A stretch of 35,105 bases of DNA from Halocafeteria seosinensis. Lineage: Eukaryota. The notes beneath the pieces were generated by a model. It searched no databases. It was not told where the DNA came from and worked only from the letters and a program-made list of their open reading frames with translations. Below, in pieces: positions 20,519-28,834 of the stretch; positions within the stretch are counted from its first letter, which is position 1, and each line of letters begins with the position of its first letter. The translations under genes were made by a program, and so were the position numbers. The stretch is taken from assembly GCA_001687465.1 (NCBI GenBank), contig LVLI01000087.1, forward strand, positions 1 through 35,105. The letters are read 5' to 3'.

Positions 20519-20874
20519 TTTAGTTCGAGAGCCCGCCTGACGGGTCAGGTAAATTATTACAGGCTGAATTTAAAGTAAATGGAAAAGAAAAGACTATAGC
20601 TTTCGGTTCACAAGATCGGGAAACTTATGTTAATTCAAAAAACCTTGAAGCAAGGACAAAATTTATTGAAAAGTTTGGTAATAGAGAAAGTAATCCATTA
20701 AACCCTAAAACTTTAGAAAGGTGGTTGCTTAACGAAACACGCAACTTTAGAGACAATGTTCGAATCTTTCGTGATAAATTCAATATTGATAGAAAACTGA
20801 AGAAAGATCCGGAGGTTGGGACAAGAAGGAGAACAAAGAGGAAAAAGCGAAGACGAAAACGACGTGAAGATTAA
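20455..20874 (+). pseudogene. Tlr6F-like gene with one in-frame TAG (20521-20523)
   Basis: MSDKEDGKKSSRKSCGKNIELI*FESPPDGSGKLLQAEFKVNGKEKTIAFGSQDRETYVNSKNLEARTKFIEKFGNRESNPLNPKTLERWLLNETRNFRDNVRIFRDKF...RRRTKRKKRRRKRRED. The 'kt..FG....Y...k...R..y....p..p..l.RwlL' pattern fits Tlr6F. Confidence 0.7.
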
Positions 20875-20921
20875 GTTTTAAATTAAAAAAAAATTTTCTA
20901 TAATTATTTAATATAGAAAAA

Positions 20922-21551
20922 ATGACTTGTATCAATTGTGAGTCTGGTAATCTTGATTGGGTAGGGTATGAAATGATTTGCTGTAATTGCGGTTCTGTTC
21001 AACCAGATAATTATATAATTGAATTAGAAGAACTACCAAGTCTCTCACCCTCGCCGATTGAGCGGGCTATCGATTTTATCTCAACTCACAACTTTAGCAA
21101 ATATCTGAAAAGCTTAAGTGGAATTGAGACCAAGAACATTTCCGATAAATTTTTGGATGAGGTCAACGAATTCTTGTTTAGAAATAATCTAGATACTAAC
21201 CACGAAAACATCCTTAAATTTTTAAAAAGCAAACGATTATATTCGTTATATTCACATACTTCTGTCATTCATCATAAATTGACGGGGGAACCACAATACT
21301 ATATCCCTCCAGAGTTACGGGATGAATTAGTTGGAATGTTCAAGCGGATAGAAATTATTTGGGGTTATGTCAGACCTAGAAACCGGATTTATTTACCAAA
21401 TTATAGCTTTTTCTTAAGAAAGATGCTCTTCTTGAAAAATTACGACGATCTGGCTTATAAATTTACATCCGTCAGTTACAAGTCAGCTAAGAAAGTTAAA
21501 GAAACTGAGGATATTTGGTTACGAATTTGTCAAGAATTGAACTGGAGTTAA
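20922..21551 (+). CDS. VLTF3: VLTF3-like (poxvirus A2-type) late transcription factor
   Basis: N-terminal Zn ribbon CINC...CCNCG, then ILKFLK..LYSLYSH..IHHKLTG, RNRIYLPNYSFFLRKML and KSAKKVKETEDIWLRICQELNW. Confidence 0.9.
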   Translation: MTCINCESGNLDWVGYEMICCNCGSVQPDNYIIELEELPSLSPSPIERAIDFISTHNFSKYLKSLSGIETKNISDKFLDEVNEFLFRNNLDTNHENILKFLKSKRLYSLYSHTSVIHHKLTGEPQYYIPPELRDELVGMFKRIEIIWGYVRPRNRIYLPNYSFFLRKMLFLKNYDDLAYKFTSVSYKSAKKVKETEDIWLRICQELNWS

Positions 21552-21599
21552 AAATATCACTTAAAGCTTTTCCAATTTTATATTTGTATACAATATAAA

Positions 21600-22127
21600 A
21601 TGGATGTTATCTATGAACAACAAGAATACTTTAAAACTATTCCTCACTTTCCTGAGTATCAAGTTTCTACTTATGGTAGAGTTTATAGTACAAAATCAGG
21701 TAGAATGTTAACACTTGGAAATAATCGTGGTTATTTTGAAGTTAAGTTTCACTATTCTGGAAAAAATTATATTAGAGGGGTACATCGTCTAGTTGGACAA
21801 ACTTTTTATGGACTTGAAAAATTGGAAGGAAAGCAAATTGATCACAAAAACAATATTAGAAATGATAATCGTCTATCAAACTTGCGAATTTGTACTAGAC
21901 CGGAAAATTTATATAATACTGGAAAGAGAAGTGATAATTCTTCTGGCTACAAAGGAGTAGGATACCGAAAAGGACGTAAATATCAGAAAAACCCTTGGCA
22001 CGCAAGAATAATTTTTAATGGTAAAAGACATATTCTAGGTTATTTTCCAACTGCTGAACGAGCCTATGAAGCTTATAAGGAAAAAGCTAAAGAAGTTCAC
22101 GGAGAATTTTATCACTATAATGATTAG
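21600..22127 (+). CDS. NUMOD4-HNH-AP2 homing endonuclease
   Basis: FPEYQVSTYGRVYS, VHRLVG, IDHKNNIRNDNRLSNLR, SGYKGV..WHARI..LGYFPTAERAYEAY. Confidence 0.92.
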   Translation: MDVIYEQQEYFKTIPHFPEYQVSTYGRVYSTKSGRMLTLGNNRGYFEVKFHYSGKNYIRGVHRLVGQTFYGLEKLEGKQIDHKNNIRNDNRLSNLRICTRPENLYNTGKRSDNSSGYKGVGYRKGRKYQKNPWHARIIFNGKRHILGYFPTAERAYEAYKEKAKEVHGEFYHYND

Positions 22128-22161
22128 TTAAAAATTTATCTTTTAACTATAAAGATAAATA

Positions 22162-23964
22162 ATGAGTGGAACAATACGATTACATCACCAAACATCTGGT
22201 GGCTTGGCTGGGACAACAAAGGTTCACAAAGGGCTTAACGTAAGTAACGGAAGATTAAGTGTAGATTCTGGTTCCGGTCTTGCTTTTAACAATGACAATA
22301 AACTCGTTAATGAATGGTATAATGTTTCAGACGGTTCTAACCTTGATATGAACTCTAACCGAATCACTAATTTGGCAAATCCAACCGGTTCAGGTGATGC
22401 TACTACTAAGAGTTATATTGATAATCAAGTTAGCGTTCCTCAGCTAAGGAAAGGTGCTAGAGCCTACTATAGTTTTGATGATAGTAGTGAGCCTTATGCT
22501 GATTCAGTGGGACAATATGATGGACGAGCAGTAGGTGGAATAACTATTACAAACAGCGGGAAAATTGGAAGTGCTGTTGAATTTGATGGAAATCAATCTT
22601 ATGTTGAACTCCCAAACAATGCGTTTGACGTAGCAGGAAGCGACTTTTCCTTTTCCTTTTGGGCTTATGTAAAACTTACAAGTTCAGCTCAAATTCTTAT
22701 GGTTAGTCAAACGGATCAAGACAACAGATTGTTAATTACACAAGAAAGCGGTGATTATATCCGAATATTTACTAGTTCAGGAGGGACAGAGAAAGAAGTT
22801 CAATCGTCAACTTTATCAGGAAATACGTGGTATCATTTTGTTATCGTTGGACAAGGTACAACAGGTACAATTTATGTAAACGGAACACAAGACGCAACGG
22901 GAACAATATTTAATGATGCTACAATGACTGGTTCTACTTCGTTGGTTGGTATTGATAATCAAAACGCATTGTCCAACGGCTACCGCATAGATAAATTCGG
23001 TTTGTGGAATCGTGTTTTAACTGGAGATGAAATTGATTTTCTATATAATGGAGGAAATGGAACAAATAATTGGCAAGATACCTATTTAGCCACCAAGGGT
23101 GAAGTCACACAATTACGTCAATATACCAACGCATTGGCGGGACTTCCACAACTGAGACGTTCAGCGAGAGCCTATTATAGTTTTGATGGAAATGACCCTT
23201 ATGCTGATTCGTTTGGGACATATGATGGAACAAATAATGGGGTGAGTCAGAGCAATACAGCCAAAATTGGAAAATCTATTGAATTTAGCGCAGATGGTCA
23301 ATATGTAGACATCGGTCAAGCTCTAAAATTTGGAACGGGAGACTTTGCTGTTAGTTGTTGGTTTTATCCAACACAAACATCCAGCAGTAGCCACGACATA
23401 ATGTGGGGAACTGATGAAACAGGAGATGGCTTTAGGGCATTTGGTCTTTTTAATGATGATCAAACAATTGAATTCTTTACAACAGATGGTTCGACGGCAA
23501 AAAAAGTCATTACAAACACAACTGTAGCCCTAAATACGTGGCATTTTATTACGATGACACGTTCGGGTGGAACAGGTCAGATATATATTAACGGTTCGCT
23601 AGAAACGTTCGGAACAGTACGTAGCGATAATATTGCAAGTTCAGATATTACTTATATTGGAATCCCGGGCTCAAGTCATTCACCCCGTGGATTTATTGAT
23701 GAATTCGGTGCGTGGTCTCGAGTTCTATCGCAAGATGAAATCGTATATCTCTACAATAATGGTAACGGCACGAATGATTTTCAGAGTTTTGATTGGTATT
23801 CTCGTCCCGCACAAAGCAATGTTGATATGAATGGTAATTCAATAACCAATGGACAGGATATCACAACCAAACAACTCTTCCTAACCAATCTTCCGACGAG
23901 TGACCCTCTAGTTGCTGGTCAAGTTTGGAATAACAGTGGAGTATTGAACATTTCAAGCGGTTAA
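22162..23964 (+). CDS. Fibre / receptor-binding protein with two LamG (concanavalin A-like) domains
   Basis: Two repeats of AYYSFD...KIG.(A/S)(V/I)EF...NTW(Y/H)..F...IY(V/I)NG...ID.FG.W.RVL...EI..LYN.GNG, flanked by LDMNSNRITNLANPT..DATTKSYID fibre motifs. Confidence 0.85.
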   Translation: MSGTIRLHHQTSGGLAGTTKVHKGLNVSNGRLSVDSGSGLAFNNDNKLVNEWYNVSDGSNLDMNSNRITNLANPTGSGDATTKSYIDNQVSVPQLRKGARAYYSFDDSSEPYADSVGQYDGRAVGGITITNSGKIGSAVEFDGNQSYVELPNNAFDVAGSDFSFSFWAYVKLTSSAQILMVSQTDQDNRLLITQESGDYIRIFTSSGGTEKEVQSSTLSGNTWYHFVIVGQGTTGTIYVNGTQDATGTIFNDATMTGSTSLVGIDNQNALSNGYRIDKFGLWNRVLTGDEIDFLYNGGNGTNNWQDTYLATKGEVTQLRQYTNALAGLPQLRRSARAYYSFDGNDPYADSFGTYDGTNNGVSQSNTAKIGKSIEFSADGQYVDIGQALKFGTGDFAVSCWFYPTQTSSSSHDIMWGTDETGDGFRAFGLFNDDQTIEFFTTDGSTAKKVITNTTVALNTWHFITMTRSGGTGQIYINGSLETFGTVRSDNIASSDITYIGIPGSSHSPRGFIDEFGAWSRVLSQDEIVYLYNNGNGTNDFQSFDWYSRPAQSNVDMNGNSITNGQDITTKQLFLTNLPTSDPLVAGQVWNNSGVLNISSG

Positions 23965-23978
23965 TTATAAATTTATCT

Positions 23979-24049
23979 AGTTACCGCGTTGCCTCGAACC
24001 CTGTAACAGCTTCTACAAGCGAGTTAAACCACGTAACAGCTACAAGCTA
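23979..24049 (+). repeat. Structured intergenic element, divergent copy
   Basis: GTTACCGCGTT-GCCTCG-AACCCTGTAAC hairpin with the same loop, then CTACAAGC, AAACCACG and GCTACAAGC motifs. Confidence 0.75.
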
Positions 24050-24082
24050 TTATTAATAAAATTATTATTATTAATATAGGAA

Positions 24083-25600
24083 ATGAGTTATATTTTCAGT
24101 AACTTAGGAGATTCTAAATTTTTGCCCGCTCAAAAAGGGTTTATTCTGGAAACAGAAGACGAAGACCATCATCCTCCCGATCGTTGGTATGAACATCCCG
24201 CCCAAGATAACGTTGATTTAAACTCAAATAAAATTACTAATCTAGGTGCTCCCTCCGGTGATGATGATGCGGTTAATCTTGTACATTTAGAAAGCAATTA
24301 TTTTTCGTCGAACGAGGCTAACAATCTTTTTCTTAGTGTTGACGGAAGCAATAGTATGAACGCGGGTCTTGATTTGAACTCTAACAAAATTGTTAATTTG
24401 AATGACCCTACTGAGCTAAACGATGCTGTAAATCTAAATCATTTAAGTAGTAATTATTACCAATCTTCAACCGTTGACAGTGATTTTTTACAAGTTAGTG
24501 GGGGTAATTCTATGAACTCGAATCTTGATTTGAGTTCGAACAAGGTTGTCAACTTATCAAATCCGGTTGATTCTACCGATGGGGTTAACCTATCTCATTT
24601 ACAAACCAATTACTACACATCTTCCGAGACCGATAACCAATTTCTTCAAGTTGATGGGTCTAACGCTATGACCAACAATTTAGATTTAAATTCTAATAAA
24701 ATTGTTAACTTATCTAATCCGGTTAATTCTAACGATGCCGTTAATCTGGATTATTTGACAGTTAATTATTATTCCTCTTCTGCCACTGATAACCGCTTTC
24801 TTCAAGTAGACGGCTCCAATTCAATGGAGAACAACTTAAATTTAAACTCTAATAAAATTGTTAATTTAGCTAATCCAGTTAATTCGGGTGATGCCGTCAA
24901 TAAAACTGAAGCTGACAGCACTTATTTAAAAATCAACGGTAGCACTCCTATGGCTGGAAACCTAAATATGGATACTAACCAAATTACTAATATGGGTAAT
25001 CCTACTGATTCAAACGATGGGGTTAACAAGACTTTCGCTGAATCAAACTATCTCTTGTTAGATGGTACTAATTCTATGAATGCTAATCTCGACGTAGGTC
25101 TGAACAAAGTAGTAGGAGTGAATAACCCCTCCAATAATAAAGATGGGGTAAATCTTCAGTATTTGACTACCAATACCAAAAATAAAGTTCAACACTTTAA
25201 AAATTCTGGAAGTGTGTTTTTGGACGGTAGTGATAATGAAGAAGAAATTGTTGACGACTTTTTCCTAGATGCTAATCAAACTTATATCGTGTTTGCTAAA
25301 TTTTGGACTTGGGACGTACCAAATAATCTAGGAGGTGGTGGAAGTCGTCTAGAACATTATCGTGATTTAAACATTATTGATCCATACGGCGGGTTTTGGT
25401 TAGATGACGACCGATTTAGTCATTTTGAAACCAATGGGTTATTATCTTTCTACGGTCATTATACTACTACAATTACCACTGATGGTACCGGCGCTGAGAC
25501 TTGGAAAGTTCGATTAGTAAACCTTTCCAGTAATAGTTTTACTGCGACTCTACAGCACGAAATGGAATTTTTACCAATTGGAAGTGTAAGTGAAATATAA
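24083..25600 (+). CDS. Fibre protein with ~52-aa tandem repeats, paralog 1
   Basis: Repeated FLQVDGSNSM..NLDLNSNKIVNL.NPV.S.DAVNL..L..NYY.SS units and a distinct C-terminal head. Confidence 0.85.
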   Translation: MSYIFSNLGDSKFLPAQKGFILETEDEDHHPPDRWYEHPAQDNVDLNSNKITNLGAPSGDDDAVNLVHLESNYFSSNEANNLFLSVDGSNSMNAGLDLNSNKIVNLNDPTELNDAVNLNHLSSNYYQSSTVDSDFLQVSGGNSMNSNLDLSSNKVVNLSNPVDSTDGVNLSHLQTNYYTSSETDNQFLQVDGSNAMTNNLDLNSNKIVNLSNPVNSNDAVNLDYLTVNYYSSSATDNRFLQVDGSNSMENNLNLNSNKIVNLANPVNSGDAVNKTEADSTYLKINGSTPMAGNLNMDTNQITNMGNPTDSNDGVNKTFAESNYLLLDGTNSMNANLDVGLNKVVGVNNPSNNKDGVNLQYLTTNTKNKVQHFKNSGSVFLDGSDNEEEIVDDFFLDANQTYIVFAKFWTWDVPNNLGGGGSRLEHYRDLNIIDPYGGFWLDDDRFSHFETNGLLSFYGHYTTTITTDGTGAETWKVRLVNLSSNSFTATLQHEMEFLPIGSVSEI

Positions 25601-25601
25601 A

Positions 25602-25675
25602 AGCTCAATGACGCCTCGGTCATTGTAGCGTCAGACTACAAGCTTAAAACCACGAAAAGCTACAAGCGAGATTAA
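25602..25675 (+). repeat. Structured intergenic element, copy 3
   Basis: Near-identical to copy 1; starts just after the stop at 25600. Confidence 0.9.
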
Positions 25676-25714
25676 GCATTTTTTCTTTATAAAAGAAAGC
25701 ATCTATTATAAAGA

Positions 25715-27253
25715 ATGTCATATATTTCAAGTAACGTTTCATCTAATATTAGTCTAGGTAGAAAAGGTTATATTTTTGAGCTTGAAGATGAAGATGTTCA
25801 TCCTCCAGAAGAATGGTATAAACATCCCGCTGGGGAGAATATAGATTTAGCTGGAAATCGTTTAATAAATTTAAGCACAGCTAGTTTAGGTGATGAAGCT
25901 GTCACATTAAATTATCTTCAGAGTAATTTCGACACCGATTTAAATTTAGAAGAAAAATTTCTTCAGTTGGACGGAAATAATAGCTTAAACGCTAATCTTG
26001 ATATGAATTCAAACAAAATCCTTAATTTAGGTAATCCGGTTGATTCCGGAGATGGGGTTAATCTGGGTTATTTACAGAGCAATTACTATACATCGTCAAC
26101 CGTTGACAGTGATTTTCTACAGGTTAGCGGGGGTAATTCTATGAGTAGTAGTCTTGATTTGAGTTCGAACAAGGTTGTCAACCTAGCTACTCCAGTTGAT
26201 TCTGGAGATGGGATTAATCTAGACTATTTGACGGTTAATTATTATTCCTCTACGGGTGCTGATAATCGGTTCCTTCGGGTTGATGGAACGAATCCAATGG
26301 AAAATAACTTAAATTTGAATTCTAATAAGATTACTGGTTTAGCTAATCCAATTGATTCTGTGGATGGGGTGAGTCTAAATTATTTGGAAAACAACTACTA
26401 CTCTTCCACTGAGGCAGATAATCAATTCATTCAAGTTGACGGGGCTAATGCTATGAACAATAATTTAGATTTAGCAAATAATAGAATCGTTGATTTAGCA
26501 GATCCAACAGACTTAAACGATATAGCCACAAAAAATTATCTAGAGGCTGATTTTGTTAATTTGTCGGGGGATACAATGGCAAATAATTTAATTTTAGGTG
26601 GGAATAGAATTACGAGTGTGTCCGGTTCCTCAGACCTAGCTACTTTAGACTATGGAAATCTAACTTTTCCTCGGTTGGATGGGACAAATACTTTTGGAGC
26701 TAACCTTTCAGTCGGTGATAATAAAATCGTCAATTTGGGTAATGCTAGTAATGACAGAGATTTAGTTAATCTGGAGACGTTCAACAATCAAACAACAAGT
26801 TTTCCACGAGAAATTTCTCACTTCAGTTTTGAAGAAACGGATGTAACCATAAACAACGGCACCACATACGATTCATCTGTTACTAAAACCTTGTCTAAAA
26901 ATACAGATTATTTAGTATTTGTTCGCATATTTTCAGTTGGTGTAAATTCGGGCGTTAGTAGCGAATTTTATATGTTACATAAAATTAATGGTAATTCAAC
27001 TGACCCGTGGAGTTTTACAGGGGCTTATAAAGGAATCGATCTTTCAAAAAAAGCCACTTCCTATTTTGAAAGCGCTAGCGGAATTCATTTCACAGGGTAT
27101 TACTACACAACCCTAAGCGTTGGAACAAGCAATAACGTTTCTTTCAATCTTCAAATTGTCAACGATTCCGGAAGTAATCAAACAATTAATAGGATAACTC
27201 AAAATATTCATCTGCTAAAAATTGACGGGGTTGAAGAAATTTCATTAGCTTAA
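25715..27253 (+). CDS. Fibre protein with ~52-aa tandem repeats, paralog 2
   Basis: Shares the N-terminus (MSYI.SN..KG.I.E.EDED.HPP..WY.HPA) and shaft repeats with 24083-25600; divergent C-terminal head. Confidence 0.85.
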   Translation: MSYISSNVSSNISLGRKGYIFELEDEDVHPPEEWYKHPAGENIDLAGNRLINLSTASLGDEAVTLNYLQSNFDTDLNLEEKFLQLDGNNSLNANLDMNSNKILNLGNPVDSGDGVNLGYLQSNYYTSSTVDSDFLQVSGGNSMSSSLDLSSNKVVNLATPVDSGDGINLDYLTVNYYSSTGADNRFLRVDGTNPMENNLNLNSNKITGLANPIDSVDGVSLNYLENNYYSSTEADNQFIQVDGANAMNNNLDLANNRIVDLADPTDLNDIATKNYLEADFVNLSGDTMANNLILGGNRITSVSGSSDLATLDYGNLTFPRLDGTNTFGANLSVGDNKIVNLGNASNDRDLVNLETFNNQTTSFPREISHFSFEETDVTINNGTTYDSSVTKTLSKNTDYLVFVRIFSVGVNSGVSSEFYMLHKINGNSTDPWSFTGAYKGIDLSKKATSYFESASGIHFTGYYYTTLSVGTSNNVSFNLQIVNDSGSNQTINRITQNIHLLKIDGVEEISLA

Positions 27254-27276
27254 ATTTTTCTTAAAATATAAAAGAA

Positions 27277-27435
27277 ATGTTAGAAATAATTATAGGTGTG
27301 ATTTCATTCGTGGGAGGTAGTGTTAGTGGTGTAGTCGCAAAGCTCATAAGGGACAAGCTATTAAAGTCAGATTGTGAGTTAAATGTTGGAATCCATAGCG
27401 GAGAGCGTGAAGAAGAAGAAACAAATAATAATTAG
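27277..27435 (+). CDS. Small 52-aa membrane protein (not in ORF track)
   Basis: MLEIIIGVISFVGGSVSGVVAKLIRDKLLKSDCELNVGIHSGEREEEETNNN with TATAAAAGAAATG start context. Confidence 0.65.
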   Translation: MLEIIIGVISFVGGSVSGVVAKLIRDKLLKSDCELNVGIHSGEREEEETNNN

Positions 27436-27493
27436 TTAAAATTATTTAAATTTGGTATTAGAAATTATAGTATTATATAATATTATAATAAAA

Positions 27494-28021
27494 ATGCCAA
27501 AACTTCCAAAAGATTTTTCAAAATCTGTCATTTACAAATTATGTTGTTTAGACCCCGAAGTTAAAGAGGTTTATGTGGGAAGCACAACTAATTTTAAACA
27601 AAGAAAAAGTCTACATAAAAGTCGTTGTACAAATCCTAATGTTAATGGTTATAATTGTTTTGTTTATGAATTTATTCGTGAAAACGGTGGTTGGGAAAAC
27701 TGGCAAATGATTATGGTTGAGAATTACCCGTGTGAATCAAAACTAGAATTGGAAAAAAGAGAACGTGAAATTATAGAAGAGTTAGAAGCTAGTTTGAATA
27801 AAAGAATTCCTACTAGAACTAAGGAAGAATATTATGAAGAATATTATGAAAAAAATTTTGATTATTTAAAACAACAACGTAAAGAATATTATGAAAAAAA
27901 TTTTGATTATTTAAAACAACAAAAATCAGAAAAAATTCAGTGTGAATATTGTGGAAAATATCATAGAAAAGATAATAAATTAAGACATCAAAGAAGTCAA
28001 AAATGTAAGAAACACCAATAA
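27494..28021 (+). CDS. GIY-YIG endonuclease with C-terminal zinc finger
   Basis: SVIYKL...VYVGST...RKSLHKSRC, LEKRERE, CEYCGK..HQRSQKC. First ATG 27494. Internal 45-bp-period duplication at 27839/27884. Confidence 0.9.
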   Translation: MPKLPKDFSKSVIYKLCCLDPEVKEVYVGSTTNFKQRKSLHKSRCTNPNVNGYNCFVYEFIRENGGWENWQMIMVENYPCESKLELEKREREIIEELEASLNKRIPTRTKEEYYEEYYEKNFDYLKQQRKEYYEKNFDYLKQQKSEKIQCEYCGKYHRKDNKLRHQRSQKCKKHQ

Positions 28022-28066
28022 TTTTTTAGCTTAAAACTTTTTCTATATCATTTTAATATAGAAAAA

Positions 28067-28303
28067 ATGGAACAAGTAGAGCAAAAAATTTTAGAACTGG
28101 AAGAATTAATGAAGGAACANTTCCAGCACGATTTTTATAATTTGGAGTTCGCGGACTTTCAAGTATATGATCGTGTAAATGATCGTTTGTGGCAAACGTG
28201 GTCTAGCCTTGATAATATCAGGTTTATGATAGACCGCTATCAAGATTTTCATAATGTAATTAGTCAAAATGAGCTACCGACCACAGAACGTTTGGAATGT
28301 TAA
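28067..28303 (+). CDS. Hypothetical protein
   Basis: 78-aa ORF with palindromic TATAGAAAAAATG start context. Confidence 0.65.
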   Translation: MEQVEQKILELEELMKEXFQHDFYNLEFADFQVYDRVNDRLWQTWSSLDNIRFMIDRYQDFHNVISQNELPTTERLEC

Positions 28304-28351
28304 TAAAAAATTTGACTTAAAGAATTTTTTTCTATAGAATAATATAGAAAA

Positions 28352-28681
28352 ATGAAAGTAATAGGATGTGTTTCTATACACCGTACTAACTACACTATAA
28401 ACATAAAAACAACCTATAACGAGGGTTGTATAAAAACTGTAGACGTTCCAGTACCTCATAGTTTTGGAGTTCAAAGAACTGAAGAAAAACGAGAAAAATG
28501 GCAAAAATTTCGTAAAGAAAAGTTAGATCAATATGTAACAGATATTAAAAACGATATTTATTTTCAATTTTTAAATGAAGACGATAAACCAACAATTGAT
28601 AAACTTGAAATTGAAAATTTTTTATCACGAGAAATTGAACTTGATTCACCTTTAAAAGAAATAGCTGAGTTTAAAAATTAA
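28352..28681 (+). CDS. Hypothetical protein
   Basis: 109-aa ORF with the same start context. Confidence 0.65.
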   Translation: MKVIGCVSIHRTNYTINIKTTYNEGCIKTVDVPVPHSFGVQRTEEKREKWQKFRKEKLDQYVTDIKNDIYFQFLNEDDKPTIDKLEIENFLSREIELDSPLKEIAEFKN

Positions 28682-28720
28682 TTNTTTNTTATNGNGCTCT
28701 ATTAATTATTCAGTTAATAG

Positions 28721-28792
28721 AGCTGTGTAGCTCAACGGTTAGAGCAGTCCTTTGTGGCAGGACAGATGTGGTTTCGACTACCACCACAGCTA
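28721..28792 (+). tRNA. tRNA-His (GUG)
   Basis: Full cloverleaf: acceptor AGCTGTG/CACAGCT, D stem GCTC/GAGC with GG in loop, anticodon stem GTCCT/AGGAC with loop TT-GTG-GC, T stem GTGGT/ACCAC with loop TTCGACT, discriminator A. Confidence 0.92.
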
Positions 28793-28834
28793 TAAAAAAT
28801 TCAGGTTAAAGAAAATTTATTAATTATATATAAA

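Noticed and set aside
28721..28792. tRNA as an att integration site
   Set aside because: It is internal to the TIRs, not duplicated at an end, and the integrase is DDE-type, not a tyrosine recombinase.
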